NCBI GenBank assembly: GCA_015680685.1
Contig: MNCI01002616.1
Location: 254,378-318,377 of the forward strand
Source of the DNA: Gnetum montanum
Taxonomy: Eukaryota > Plantae > Gnetophyta
Reading direction: 5' to 3'
DNA length: 64,000 nucleotides
The notes under the pieces were generated by a model. That model saw nothing but the letters and a program-made list of their open reading frames with translations, had not been told where the DNA came from and did not search any database. A program made the translations under genes and the position numbers. This document shows, in pieces, positions 24,091 to 38,600 of the stretch (within the stretch, counting starts at the first letter, position 1; every line of letters begins with the position of its first letter).

Positions 24091-24797
24091 CATTTCTTAG
24101 CTATCTAAGGATAGACCTACCTAAATTTTTATGCATAGAAAGTTTTATTTTTCATCATTGGGTAGCATGTACTTAGGTGGTTGTTATCACACTCTAAGTA
24201 ACTACCATGGTAGTAGCACTGGACTGGGTAGGTAGTCAACTTATGCCACTTGCTAGATGGGGTGGGCAACAACTGTGCTTAGAGTGCAGGTTGAAGGTTG
24301 TATAGGATTCATGCTCTGATGCTATGTGAAAATGCAAAAATTACAATGCTAAGCAAAAAATGGCTAAGTGCAAAAAATGCCAAAAGATATATCCAAGTAA
24401 AGAAGTGCTCATAAATCATGAAAACTAGATAAGCTTAGAATTAGCCAAAGAATGACTAACTCTCAGAATGTTACTAAAAAACTAACTCTGGTGCTACACT
24501 TGCTATGCTAGAGGTTGTCACGCTCCCACTAAGAACCTACTATGCTCTCTAGAGAATCCAAAGTTCTAGTTGAACACAATAGATATGCTTGGGCTTTCGT
24601 CCTGCAGGGTTCTGGGGGAACCAACAACTAGGACCAATCTACACCAACCAACTTGTACACAACTATTATGCTAGCCTAGGATCTAACTACTATGGTTATA
24701 GGTCCACATGGATGTTACGTCTATGCTAGCATTAAAACTAGTAGCAGAGGTGCAAAAAGCATGCGAGACTACCATTGAACATAGAAGAAATGGCAAG

Positions 24798-24815
24798 GCC
24801 CTCCTTCTAGTTCTG
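24798..24815 (-). promoter_or_regulatory. PBS of A (tRNA-Asn type, decayed)
   Basis: Minus strand ..AACTAGAAGGAGGGC just inside the 5' LTR. Confidence 0.75.
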
Positions 24816-24823
24816 AATAAAAT

Positions 24824-26659
24824 TATGATGATCAAAAACATCAGTGGTTGGAACATCAAGAGGTTAGTGGGCATACATCCAAACCCAAAACCCATGCAAG
24901 GGCTTTACTAGAAATGAAGACAAGGTACCTTGAATGGTCTTGTCAATCGAACAAGGACTTACAATGTGCTACGTCAAGTGAGTGCTAAAGGGGTTACACG
25001 ATGTTATTGATGGGCATTGGGGCTATCTAGGCTAGCATGTAGTAGCATGTCCTAGCCTAAGAATGGTGGTGTAAACATGAAAATTTGTGCAAAATAGTAA
25101 GAAAACATGAGTGCTATGCTAAATGTCAAAAAAAGTGCTTCAAAATGTAATAGAACTTGAGAACAAAAGTGCACCACCCCAAACAGAGGTAGTGTAGAAT
25201 TTATGAGAAAGAGGTGAGAGTCGTACATAGTGTATAGAAAAGTGTAGTAGTAGCATAACAACATATTCATAGTATTTGGGGCATTTGGGCTACAAAACTA
25301 ACTATCATGGAGTCTAAGCATACTGAGTTAGCTACTGCAATGTTTCATGGGCCAAAGTGGTGAAGTGTGTGCTTGACAGTGTGCACCGATGACCACAAGT
25401 ATCCTAGGATATGCCAAGATGCCAAATTTGCTTGGGTGCACTGAGAGCTGGAGTGCTAGTCACGTTAGATGATCACCAACTTTGCCCACTATTGGATGAA
25501 GATGTCATCCAAATGCAAAATTTGTCTACCAAAATGCCAAAGTGCCAACCCTTAAAATGTGAGGTGTAGGGGTATTTATAGGACTAAGGTTAGCATGAAA
25601 TGTAGATCAGGCATCACGTGGCATGAGGGTTGATGGGGCTATGTTCAACCCAGCTACACTTCCATGGGAGTAGCAAGTGCTACACTCTAGTGCACTACAG
25701 TGGTCCCCTAGAGACTGTTGAACTATGACTATGCTACCAAAACTACATATGCCAAAGTTTGAATGATCGCAATGTACTTGCAAATAGTGTAACTTGGAGG
25801 CTACACTCTAAAACTACATCTTCCCCTCTTTCAAATGCAATTAAGTGTAGGTACAACCCAGGGGAAAATTGTGGAGGGGGGACAAACTCGATGCAAATTA
25901 TTGATCTTGCTTGCTAGAGGAATGTTGAAGCTAATGTGAAGGTCATTGCTGAGCTCTAGAGGCTTGTAGAGGTTGTTGAAGGCTTCTCTATAGTGCTACA
26001 TTTTCTATGCTCTAGAGTGTAGCCCAACACTTAGAAAAGTTTTTCAAAATTTGATGTCTAGCACTGGCTACACTTGCTACATTCTAGGGCATAGTAGAGC
26101 ATAGTAGGGATACTTAGAAAAATTTGGCCCAAATTTGTTCTTCTTCCATCCTATGCTAGCTATGCTCTAGAGTGTAGCAAGAGGGGTAACCTCAAGTTAG
26201 AAAATTTGCCAAACTGTTCCTCCACTCTGAGCTAGCTTGATAACTTCTGGCTTAATACTTGGGTAAACTAGCCACTAAAAGGTATTCTACGCTAGCTACA
26301 CTCTAGAGCATAGTAGTAGTAGCAACCCCAAGAGTTAGAGAATTTTCTGAACATTTTCTTCTATGCCAAGCCATCTTAATAATTTCTAGCTTGGAACTTG
26401 AGAAAATTTGCCACGGAAGTGTGTGCTATGCTAGCTATGCTCTAGAACATAACAAGAAGAATGAGAGTGTCGCATAACACTTCGATTTTTTTGCAACTAT
26501 TGTCGACACTTAGAGAATTTTATCAAATAGGGTATATGATACATGTTATGCTAGCTACGCTTGGGAGCGTAGCACCAACACTTAGAAGAATTTGTCAAGT
26601 TTTGTCACTTAGAAAAATTTGCAGTTGCAATGCTGAGGCTTGAAATTGGTGGTGTTTCA
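24824..26659 (-). repeat. 5' LTR of A (1836 bp)
   Basis: Colinear with 7515-9363; TATA at 25573-25580, CACGTG at 25615-25620. Confidence 0.95.
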
Positions 26660-26664
26660 TTGGC

Positions 26665-29600
26665 CTTAGCATTTCATGATGAGATCTCACAGCTCTACCA
26701 AGTTGGTTTCATGAGGGCTATTGACAATGTAGAACGGATGTCAAACATAGTGGTAGTCCCTAAAAAAATGGAAGCATCCATATCTACATTGATTTCTGAT
26801 ATCTAAAATAAGAAACTATCAAGGATACTTCCCTTTGCCTATAATTGATTAACTTATCGATAATACGATCGAACATGCCTTGTTGTCCTTTATGGATGGA
26901 TTCTCAATATATAACCAAATTAGGATCAACCTAAAGAACCAACTTAACATGACCTTCATGACCCCTTTGGGTACCTTTTGCTATACCATGATGTCCTTTG
27001 ACCTTAATAATGTAGGAGCAATCTATCAATGATTCATGACCTATATCTTCAATAATTACATGCTAGGTTTGCTCAACAATTATGTAGATGATATAGCTAT
27101 TAAGTCCAAAGTGGCTAATGACCATGATAATGACCTAAATCTGATGCTTAAATGATTCCTCAAGTATGAGCTTAGGCTCAATCCCAAGAAATGTGTCTTT
27201 GGTGTTAAGTCCAAGAAGATGCTTGGCTTTGTAGTATTTGAAGTAGGAATACATGTCAATCTTGATAAGGTTAAGGCCATATCCAAATTATTAGTGCCTA
27301 CCAACCTTAAGGATCTTTGATAATTACAAGGTAGATTACAATTTATTCATAGGTTCATAGCTAGGCTTATGGATAAGTTACAACCCATGCAACACTTTCT
27401 TAAGAAAGGGATTCACTATGAGTGGATGGTAATGCCAAGAGGCATTTGAAAATCTTAAGCAAGAGTTGACATAACAACTAATGGTCTATCCTCTACAAGA
27501 GGATAAAATATTTTACATCTATCTTGCCATCTCTGACACATCCATTACCTCTCTACTATATCAAAAATGCGATGATGGGGCAAAGATGCTAGTATACTAC
27601 CTTAGTCATACATTAGTTGCTCACGAGAGCTAATACATTGACGTAGAGAAGTATTTTTTATTACTAGTCTTCTCATTGAATAAGTGAAGACACTACCTCT
27701 TTAGAAGCCAAGTCAACATCATTTGCAAAGATAATGTGCTCAAATCCATAATAACCAAAATCTATGAAAGTAACCATATATCCTTATGAAAAGCCTTAAC
27801 CATGAAGTTTGACCTTCATTACATTTATCAACCTGCAACAAAAGGTCAAACCATAGCCATACAACCCACTATTTTACTTGTTGATGATCAAGTAGCCATA
27901 GATCCTAAATTCCTTGATGGGAATATTAACACCATTAGCTAAGTGCCTAAGGGATATGAGGTGGTCATGCACTTTGATGGAGCTTCAACTACCCATGGGG
28001 CTAGTCCCACTACCATCATAACACTCTCACCTGGTGAAATCTAATCCTTTGCCTATAATTTTGAGTTTCCATGTACTAACAGCATAGTAGAGTATGAGGG
28101 CATGATCAGAAGAATGATGGTAGCTCATGACCTAGGAATTAGATACTTAACAATCTAAGGTGATTCACAACTTGTGGTTAACCAAGTAATTGAGGTTTAT
28201 TTGTGTAAAGCCAAACATTTGCAATCTTTTTGTGACCTAGAAAAGTAATTATTACAATAGTTTATAGATGTTGATATCTAACACATACCCCAAAACAAGA
28301 ACATCATAGTTGATGCCATTGTAACACTAGCCCTTAGTGTAACATCATATGTGTCCAGTCAATTGCCCATCTTAACTATGAACTGTGCTAGCCCCATCAT
28401 GCAAAACATTAAGGATACCTTTATTGTTGTAGTTCACACTGCTTCCACCAGGGAGTGGTATGATTATATCAAATTTTACCTTATTCATGGAAAATCTTCA
28501 CAATGTTGGACTACTACTCAAAAGGACATTGTACACAAAAGATCAAAGAAATAAATCATTGTAGGTGATAACACATTATGTCGACAATCCTACAATGGTC
28601 TATTGCTAAAGTTCTTGGGTTAAACTAAAGCTAGAACAATGGTAGAAGAGGTTTGCAATGGTATTTGTGGAGGACATGGAGGATATATAGGACCTAAAGC
28701 TATGGTCACTAAGATTAGATGGTTAGGCTATTATGGCCCCATATGGAAAGTGACTGCCTATAGAAGGTTAAACATTGTGCACATGCCAATGACATAGCAA
28801 CCTTATACATATGTCACCAACTAAATTACACACTACTCAGATCACTTGGCCATTTCACTAATGGGGGTTGGATATCATCGAACCTACAACACCTAAGTCT
28901 TCTGTAGGGCATACCTTCATCATTAGTGCAACCAAATACCTTACTAAGTAGGTTGAAGCTATTTCCCTAAAGAAGACTACATCCGAATAGGACTATAAAT
29001 TTATCCTAGATAACATTGTATCCCATTTTGGCATACCTATGACCATAGTTAGAGATAATGGACCATAATTTAGTAGCCAAGAAACAAAATATTTTTTTTC
29101 ATGAACTAGGCATTAAGCATTCTTTTTCATCATCTTATTACCCTAAAACCCATGGACAAGCATAAGCAAGCAACAAGGCCATCATCAAATTGCTCAAGAA
29201 GATGCTCAAGAATAGCAAGTGCAAATGGCATGAATGGCCTTTCCATGCACTGTGGACCTATAGGATGATCTATCATATGACAACTAATGTAACACCTTAT
29301 AACTCAATTTATGATTCTAAAGTTATTTTACCTCTTGAATTGTAGGTGTCATCACTCTAAGTAGCCTTGACTAACTTCACCAATGATAAATAGAATAAGG
29401 CATTGCAGATAATGGTCCTAGACTCCATGGAGGAACAATGTATGTAAGCACTTTCTCACATTGAATACTATCAAGAGAGGTAAAAAGTGGCAGCATCACC
29501 ATAACTTACCAAGCATAAGATCAAGGAAGATGACCTAGTCCTCAAAGAAGTTTGCAAGCACATTATCAAATTCTAATCCATTTGGAAAGGGTCCTTCCTT

Positions 29601-29705
29601 ATCACTAGAGCCTATGGTAATGGAGCATTCAGGATAGCTAACATGAATGGTAATGAGTTGGCCAATCTAGTCAATCATTCCCATATAAAGCCATATTATA
29701 TGTAG
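26665..29705 (+). pseudogene. pol: B pol, 3' part: RT - RH - aRH - INT
   Basis: SNIVVVPKKNG, LSFMDGFSIYNQI, YVDD at 27081-27092; aRH MHFDGAS..CTNSIVEYEG..GDSQLVVNQV (~27960-28350); INT WGLDIIEP..HFGIP..DNGP; ends IKPYYM*. Confidence 0.95.
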
Positions 29706-29751
29706 CTAATGACTATTAACAAGTGAGCGTACTTAACAATAGCTTTCCAAC

Positions 29752-29912
29752 GCCTTAAACTAGTAACATGACCTACCAAGGTCTAAAACTAGTGTGACCA
29801 TGGCCTACCAAGGCCTTAAACTAGCATCATTGTCTATTATGACCTTAAACTGACACCAAGGCTTGCCATGGCCTTAAACTAGTACCATGGCCCATTACAG
29901 CCTTAAACTAGC
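29752..29912 (+). repeat. GGCCTTAAACTAG array (6 units) downstream of B integrase
   Basis: Six cores about 30 bp apart. Confidence 0.9.
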
Positions 29913-30840
29913 AACACTGGTGACCTAGGTAACTTGGATTTATCATTATATGTAGCTAGTAGACATTGTAACATTATAAAATGATTTGTTTCCTTCAATT
30001 TCTTATCTCCTTGGAATTTTATTTGTACAATGAAGCTTGGAGCCATTACAAATGATGTAACTCATTAAGGTAGAAAGTCATCATGCAACCTTGATGTACA
30101 ATTTTTGGTGAGTTTGTCCAACTTTAGCAAGAGTGCTTGTACCATTACCCTCCCTTGGCATCACTCTTTGAGCCCAGGCCCATAGCCTTATTATGACCTT
30201 CCATACACTAAACAACAATTTCAATCTATGTTTGTCACTCATGCACTATATCCATATCATATCCCTTCATCATGCCTCATCCTCAATTCCACTCAAATGT
30301 AACATAGCTCATTCAATGGGAAAACCATTAAGTCCATCAAGCATAACACATCTCATTCGATGGGATAACCTTTAAGTCCATTAGGTGTAACACAACTCAT
30401 CTAATTAGAATACTATGTAAAATCAAACTTGGCAATGAGGCCCAATAAAGGTGTCATCCCAAAAAAATAAAAACAAGGGAAAGTAAATTGAAAATATTCC
30501 AAATGGCCAATAAAGCCTCAATGTCCAATGGCTAAGGAAATCTTGAAAAAAAGTGATTAGGTTCTCAAATGCATCTACCGAGCGACCAACACTTCGAAAC
30601 AATCAACGTCATGCTATAGCCATGATGATAATACTTGGAATGCATTATTAGCCTCCATGACCATATCCCTAATTACCATTACCATTTGTCCATCATAATC
30701 CAATACCATAATCACAAGCACTCTTTGGCATGGTTTGACATGACTGGATCAAGCGTGGAGAGGGAACATTAGTGGTGGACCTATAGTGGTGTTTTGTATT
30801 CTTTTTCTATGCCTCTTGGGTTAATCCTCTAGACACCTAC

Positions 30841-30853
30841 AAAGTGGGGCCAA
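30841..30853 (+). promoter_or_regulatory. Polypurine tract of B
   Basis: AAAGTGGGGCCAA immediately precedes TGAAACA. Confidence 0.85.
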
Positions 30854-32139
30854 TGAAACAGCACCAAATTTGCATGTTGTAACCTTTATAACCCCATCAC
30901 ATGAAACCCAAGGTAAAACTTCATTGTAAATGTGAAGATTGTAATTCATAAGAGGAAATCTCACATATTTCATGCTTTTGTGGTTACAAATGCCTCATAA
31001 GTGGCCAAACCCTCATTCTCCAAGTGAAAAGAGTCATTAAGTGTCTATACGTGGGCTTGGGGAAGTCAAAAATTCCTTTTGTAATGCGAAAATGGTATTT
31101 TGATAACTTTTATGAGGGTTATATACCTTTCTGCACTGACACACCCTTGAAGGAGGATAAGCCAACTAGAAGACTTCAAAGCCAATGTGGAGGAGTGCAA
31201 GGGGATGGATCTCACCTACCCTTAGCATGGAGAGTGAGGTAACTCATCCTAAAGGGGTCCAACCTTCACCCCTCAGCATTGACACTCTTCCCCCAACATG
31301 GAGGGGTCAGCCAGTATGGAGGGATTAGCCCATGTGGAGGGGTTAGCTAGCTAGGATGCATGGAGGTGGATCTCACCTACCCCCTTTGAACATGTAGAAA
31401 TTTATCAACCAATTTGTAGCCCAAATCATGGCCAAAACCTATAAGAGCCATACCTTGACACCATTTCAAGGTTCTACACTTTTGAAAATTGCATACACTT
31501 AGCATTTTGACATCTAATAGCTCTTTCTTCACAATAGAAATGTAGTCTTTGGGCTTATCAGTGTGGAACATTCCTAGCCGTGTTACCCCATATTACCACC
31601 CTTAGGTTTTTTGAGCTTTGGATATTAACATTACCCCCTTTGGGATCCTCAAATGCTAGCATGAAGCACTTTGGCTATCCCAATCTTTCACATCTCCTAG
31701 TCCTAGTAGTAACCAACATTCCATATTTTGGTTTGGAGCAAAGGAGGTCCAAAAAGATCAAGAGTGGTCAAGAATCTACATCATGGAGCAGATTCTATCT
31801 TCTTCAATGGGCTTGGAACCCCTACCTAAGTGAACCCCCCTTCTCTCTCCAATGGAAACTTTTGTACATACCTCTAAACTCATTCTTTTTTTATTTAATA
31901 AAGTTTATAGTTTATTTTGTGTCCAATTTGTATTTTTTTGAATTTCATATCTATAATTTTTTTTACATTTTTTCAACCCTTTTTTTTTTTGCACCCCTCT
32001 AAGTCCTTGGATGATCTACCAAACCACCCAAGGTGCCCTAAAACCCATTTTTTCCTAGAGGCCCTAGGGATTTGTAATTAAGATGACTTGTGACTAAGAA
32101 TCCTTGGTTTTCTAGCAACCAAGATTTTCCATCACAACA
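30854..32139 (+). repeat. 3' LTR of B
   Basis: TGAAACAGCACCAAATTTGCATG...TTTTCCATCACAACA; homologous to the F and C LTRs. Confidence 0.85.
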
Positions 32140-32227
32140 AGCTACAAATTTGGTTTTGACATTGTTGTACATTGTTATACTTTTGGTTTTACATGCTCAA
32201 ACTCATACAAAGTTGTTTTTCATTGTA

Positions 32228-34980
32228 TTGTGGATGCTGCCACCCCCTCCACCATCATACTTGTTATCTTAGGATGCTCTGAGGAGACTTTAATCCTTAA
32301 TTATGGGAAGGTGGATTCGATGCAATGGTGGTTAGCTAGTAGGGCACCTAGAAATGTTCAAGAAAATATTGCCAATTCTAGTTTTCTTTATCTATTCATG
32401 GCTCCTAGCCACACTATCCATATTCTTGAGATGGTGAACATCATTGACTCCTTTGATTAAGGATTTAAGAAGTTCATCACCTAGGTTCATGATGTGCCTA
32501 TCACCTTGGATATCATTGAATCCACCTTTAGTAGCCTTTTGGCATTCCTCGTGAATACCTAAATGTTACCAATAAGATGGGTAAAGAGGTGGTGCATAGA
32601 GAGGAGGTGGGGTGGCTAGGCACTTGTCATGATCACAAGGGGTTGTCTCCTAGTCAATTCAAGGTTTAGGAGGCTAAGGAGGCATATCCCTTGTTCTAGT
32701 CCTAGGGGTTCTCTAAGCTACTATCATAGGGCAAGATCATGGAGGTGGAGTAGGCATGGACCATGAAGATGATCCTCCTGAAGGATGCTCAATTCAACTA
32801 GGTTGAATACTTGATTTCTAGGGTTCAAGGTGAAATCCTCAAATTCCATAACAACCTTACCACAAATGCCACATGCATTACGTGTTCTTTGTAAAATATG
32901 TGAGGAGGTTTGCAGAGTTCCTTATGGTGAGGAAGGATGGAAAATGAGTAAGCCAAGATCCATCCCAACTCTTTAAGATGTGGGTTAAACATGCTTATCC
33001 CACTATGTAGGCCCAAAAATAGTCAAAGGATGTCAAGGAGTCATTTTCTATTATCACTAAGGTAGTTAGTCATAGGCATTGTGCTTTCCCTGATAACAAC
33101 AAGCTATAAATTCTCTGAACACAACATGAGGGATTAAGCCCCATGTTGTGTTTAGAGATGTTAATCAGGCCAAGACATTATGAGCTAAAGCTAAGGGTTC
33201 AAATAAAGTTAAATTGAAAAGGTTGATGGTTGAAAATAAAGACCCAGGGATTGAACAACCCTCCTTTAAGAGGAGGTTCCATGATAAGCCTTCACCTAGC
33301 ATGCAACATTGTCATAAGTATGACTTAATTTATCTTGGTTTCTTCACATTTGTTGTATTTTATGGCTATATTATTATTATAAGGTAAGACATACTAACTT
33401 ACATCATGTTCTTCCCTTGTTGTTGTTGTAGGTAAACAACAAGAGTTACTAGCCTAGGCAGTAGTAGCATAGGTAGAGCAAAGACACCTAGAGGAGGATA
33501 TCCTAAAATGCCATGAGGTTGAAGGATTATCCAATGTTTAATTGGATAACCTTAAAGCCATCTTCAATCCTTCATAACTAGGTAAACCCCTTGTCATCAT
33601 CTGAGATGATGCCCCATGTGTGTCTTTGTTTCATGTGTTTTTAAGTTATGTTGTTTTATGCTTAAGCTTGTTCTTAATCATTTATCAATTGTTGTGCTTG
33701 CCTTAGCTATTGAGCCTTATTCCATAGCCTTCACCTTCATCGTCCACATGAAACCATGGGTAGATGTGCTTGACAAGTAGGAGTTTATGTAGGGGATAGC
33801 TAAGGACATGGTTGATTGATTGCACTAGGTTACACACGATATGGATAAGTACTTAGTTTATCTTGCTTTACATTTGTATTGTTTTGATTATTTTTGTTGT
33901 TTGTTATACTTCGGCTATTTGGTTACTTAAATATTTTGCTCATGTTTTGTTGTTTTCTCAGTACCCAAGCTTAGATGGGATCCCAACCATCCTATTGAGA
34001 TTGATGTCATACCTAGCCTACCATTAGACATAGAAAATGTATGACATAAGTTATATGAAACTTCCATTGATTATGCATTTTCATGTGCCAAAATTTTGTG
34101 GGAAATTCAACATGCCAATGAGATCCTATAAGAATACATTGTTACATTGGAAAATGAGATTAAGAGGCTAGTTGATGCTAATAGATATCTTAAGGATCAT
34201 AAGAAATTTGTGAAGGCCCAAGTGGCTAATAGGAGTTTACCAAAGAGATTGAATGGGTGCAGTACTGGAATGTCATTCATGGCAAGGTGGCTCTTGCTAG
34301 GGAAATTACTAAATAGAAGTTAGAGATGGACTTGCTGGCACACAAGGTTAGGAAGTTGAGGGACTATTGTGCCTAGGCTCTCGAGTGGAGTCAAGCATAG
34401 AAGAACCACAAATGAAAGTATAAGGCTCACAATCAAGCTTACCTTAAGTGGTTATAGGAGGAGTCCACTGAACGGTGCAAGCTAGAGCTATTTGTGAGGG
34501 GGATTCAAGCAAAGGATGTCTTCAAACTGTTTGAAGGCATCTTAACCATGGTTGGATTCCCATCTCTTCAAGTTACTACTTCTTCTGGAGAGGTGACTAC
34601 CAGGACATTTTCACTATAGCCACTCACATGGATAGACATCAATTACTGTAACACCTTGATAGGCATTAATCTCAGGGAGATGGACTAGGCCCACATGATT
34701 GAGAAACAAATCCTACACCATTCGGGGGTTGGTCTTTGGAATCTCCCACCAAAGGATGTCATTTACAAGCCCTACCAAGTTTGTTTATTTATCATCTTTT
34801 AGTTTTAATTCATTTTAAGTTATTGTTTGGTTTCATACTTTGTTGATTATTGGCTAACTTATGTCTTGTTGTGGTACAAGTACTAGGTGACTCTAGTGGT
34901 CCCAATAGAGAAGGTAGAAGTCTTCTCTAGCATCCTCTTAGTACCATCAATGGTCATGTGCCTTGGTTATTCCATAGTTT
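32228..34980 (+). pseudogene. Antisense multi-exon extra gene of E
   Basis: LILNYGKVDSMQWWL..GIPRE..GWLG..AYPLF*S*GFSKLLS*GK..FN*VEYL..RRFAEFLMVRKDGK*VSQD; KPWVDVLDK; acceptors near 33431 and 33961; PKLRWDP..KLYETSID. Confidence 0.8.
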
Positions 34981-35231
34981 TTGATGAGATTGTTTATGAT
35001 ATCATGATTTATTGACTAGTGCTAGCCATTGGATTTGTTGGCAGATAGTTGGTGTAGACTTTCATGATTATTATGTTGTAGAAATTAGATACTTATTATT
35101 TGTACATTTTAATTTGGCTTATACATTTCAGAAGTTTTAATATTTTGATATGCATTTAATGCTCTACATTTTTTATGTCATTAGCTACATTGTTTAACTT
35201 ATGAAAAATGGTCATAATGTAAACTAGGTTG

Positions 35232-35345
35232 TACTAGTTATAAATGATTTGCCAGTTTTAGGCCATAGCAAGCCATGCATTTGTTTTGGTTTGCTATTTT
35301 TAGACCATGGTAGATCCCATGTTTTGCCAAATTTAGGCCATGGTG
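35232..35345 (-). repeat. Short-repeat array of E (CCAGTTTTAGGCCAT type)
   Basis: 3-4 decayed cores at the same relative position as A 20075-20396. Confidence 0.7.
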
Positions 35346-35619
35346 TAGCCCATGTTCTAAAAGAAAAAAAATTTATTTATAAGTTTTCGAATTTTGATAT
35401 TTTTATCATATATTTAATGATTTATGAATTAGGATAAAAAGGAAATAAAAGACAAAGCATAAACCTTAGGCTACATGCACAACAAAGATCAAAACAAAGT
35501 AGAGAAAAGGTAAACAATATAGTGCATACAAGAGAAACATGTAAACTACACCATGAAAGGTTGTAGACAAGCAAGCTATATGGTTATAAGTGCAAAAATA
35601 AGTGAATAAAGGGAATACA

Positions 35620-38600
35620 TTAATTACATAAGTTCTTCCTCATCTTTGACATATTAGGAAATGTGTATGCCCTACTTTGCACAATTTTCTATTTCCCATT
35701 TCCTTCACTCAAAACTTTGAAGGGGATCTCTTTCCATGATGCATCCATGGGTTCATTGTTGGTTTTGGCTTCTTCTATTCTCTTGGGTTTCTTGACCTTG
35801 TGGCTAGCAATAGGAGTTTCTTCTTAAAACTTCACTTCAGGCCCTTGTTTGATGTAAACATTGTTGACTGCCAATGGAACCATGCTATTGCCATGAATGA
35901 TGCTTTCAACTCCCTTGTAAGGTAGGTAAATTTCATAATGGAACAATCAGAAAACCACTCGTAGTTTAGGTAACCAAGGTCACCCCAAGATAAGGTTGAA
36001 CCCTCATGTTTCTTCTACTACTAAGAAGTTGGCTATTGTGGGGAATGACTCTCCTACCACAAAGTCTAAAGAAATCAAGCCTTTTACAACTACTCAACAT
36101 TCGTTGAAAATTTAAGAGTAGTTGTTATGGTATGTCCCATCTATTTAGTTAGGCCTAGACCTTTCACAATAGTGTAGGGAATTATGTTTATTGTGGCTTC
36201 ATCATTAACATGCACTCTATGCACCTTGTATTATCCTACCTTGATGGTTATGAATAGGGAATCCTTAGTTGTCTTTCCATCTTGGGATTGGTTTTAACTT
36301 CACTAACATAAAAAATCAATGTTGTTAACCTTATTTCTACCTTTGATGAAGGATGTACCATTGCAAAGTGAATGGACTCTTCACTAGCATGGATATCCTT
36401 GTTGATAGGAATAGAGGTCCACATTTTAACTAATGCTTCACAATGCATAGCGAAGTCATAACAAGGTCATATAGGGTAAGAGAAGTGTTCTTCTATTTTA
36501 GTGACTATTTCACTTATTCCATTGTATTGAGGAAGTATTTATCATTGGTTATAGGCTTCTCATTTTTTGTGTTCTTGACTTCCTCCATGCATCCAAAAAT
36601 ATGAACTTCATGCTTCAAAGGTTGTTTTGCTTCTTTTTCCCTTCCTTAGGGATTGGGATCCTCCTGTGCTTGACTAGTTGAGGTGGCTTAAGAATTGTAA
36701 CTCATTGGAATATATGAGATGAGAGTAGGCTTTGGTGGACCTACTTCCTTCTATGAATTTTCTTGTTTTTTGTCATTGTTCTTAGGCTTCAATGTAGGCT
36801 TCTTGTATTGTATGTTTGAGAATTTTTTGTTGTTGGTTGGTTGGTTGAGAAGAAGTTGTTGCGTTGGCCACTATGAGAGGAAATCTATCAATTTTAGGAG
36901 TAGGCTTGGTATTAGCATCGAGAAGAGGGGGTACCCTAATCACAAAAGTATCCTTGGAAGGCATAAATAGTGGAACCCTCATAACAAAAGAAGACCTTGA
37001 TCTAGTTGAAGCTGAAGGACCCTTGTCATCATGAGGAGGTACCTGTATCACAAATGGCTCCCATGTAGGCCTAGATTTGTTGTTTACACTAAATTCTATG
37101 AGAGTGTATGGGTTTTTGTTGGTGTTCAATGAGTCCTTATAGAATTAAATGGATTGATTTTTTGGTTTCACCAAGTTGGAAGCATCAAGGACTTATTTTT
37201 CCTTGTCTATCATCTTCTGTAGGTTATCCTTTAGTGCTAGGAAAAAGTCTATATCATAACCTAGTAATTGATGGTAGTGGAAAAAATGGTCTAGTTTGAA
37301 GTATTTGGGTACTAAGGAATCATTCTTAATTTCAAGGGTGGAATTTTTGGCTATCTTGCATAGCTTGTCATGCTTTTAACAGGCATTCTCAATGATTTTT
37401 TTGTATTATATTCTCCCACTCCTCAGTAGTTGGTTGAGTTCTAAAGGTTTCAATAGTAACCTAGTATACTTAGATCAATCTTTACACTCAAAAGTAAGGC
37501 TCACGGTAGTTAGTGTAGAGGCCTCAAATATTGAAGGTTGATTGTTATGAATAGTGGCCTTGGGTTGATTATTCTTAGACCCTTGTCTAGTTTTCTTATT
37601 ATCTTTGGCTATTTTAGCCATGGTTCTATTTCTTTTCCTACCCCTCTCCTTGTCTTTCTGTGCATGTTGGTTCTTAAATTCCACATAAGTAGGGTCATGA
37701 CTAGCTTCAGCTATGTCCTCTATGTTCTTCATTTGTGAAAAGGCTTAACCAAGTGACCATAGTTCTAGGTAATATAGTTTCAACTTAATAAAGTCATTAA
37801 CTACCTCCTTGAATATAACGAGGAGGTGTTTTTTGGCTATAGGTTTAGAAATCTCATTTTGGAGAGCATTCCATCATTGTATGAATTTTTGTATATGCTC
37901 AAGGATCTCTACATGACTTCATTAGTTAGTCAAGGGTTATATTAGGTTTTAAGTTGTACCTGAAATGGTTAACAAACTATGAAATTAAGTTTTTCAATAA
38001 GGATATAGATCCTCTTGGCACTATATAGTACTAGTCCAAGGCTTTTCTAGTTAAGGACATGGGGAAGATATGCATGATGGTATGTAGCGAACCTTGTAGC
38101 AATAGGCACTCAAAATACAAGGTTATGAGGTGGGCATACATTTCACCTTCATTGTTGTACTTTGTGAATTGGAGAATGAGGATATCAGTGGAAGAGTTAT
38201 TAGTAGGACAACAAGATTAATGGGATCATGTTGGTAGAAATCCATTATCTTAACTATCTAGTTTGTGGAAGCTTTATGCTTCTGTAATTCTTCTATCAAG
38301 TCTTGGATCATCTAAAATGCCTGATCCAATCCTTGGAACATTTTTATGGACTATTATGTTTACATGAATTATTGTGGTATCAACTAAGAGGCCTGTGGCC
38401 TCACAATGGGTTGCAATATAGAGAGAAGATGCTAGGTTACAGTAGTCATGGATGAATTAAATAGGGAGAAGGATGTTTATGCTAGAACTTAAGACATGAA
38501 GGGGACAAATGGTGTTTGTGCTCCTTGGGTTTGTGGTTCCACTATGGGACCCATTGGTATAGACAAGGGGGGAGCAGTGGTGAAAACCACCAGTGAGGGC

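Larger units (their letters stand above)
7515..26659 (-). mobile_element. Element A: full-length (19.1 kb) Tat-lineage gypsy retrotransposon with 5 bp TSD TTGGC
   Basis: Paired LTRs, TTGGC at 7510-7514 and 26660-26664, PBS, PPT, and gag-pro plus pol on the minus strand. Confidence 0.95.
2363..32139 (+). mobile_element. Element B: Tat-lineage gypsy retrotransposon (spacer, pol, 3' UTR, PPT, 3' LTR), interrupted by A at 7515-26659; 5' part is outside the window
   Basis: RT frame KQKVCKIRHDL|ALAFHDEISQLYQVGF rejoins across A. RT-RH-aRH-INT, PPT and LTR follow in order. Confidence 0.9.

Noticed and set aside
26660-26665. The A target site TTGGCC resembles the element's own PPT-LTR junction
   Set aside because: The RT frame rejoins with an exact 5 bp duplication and other insertions have unrelated targets, so it is likely chance.
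29600-29760. Chromodomain after integrase
   Set aside because: INT ends at KPYY(M/A)* in A, B and C and is followed directly by repeats.
31580-32002. 140 aa hydrophobic ORF suggesting a membrane or env protein
   Set aside because: It lies within the B LTR; hydrophobicity comes from T-rich U5 sequence and it is not conserved in the F or C LTRs.
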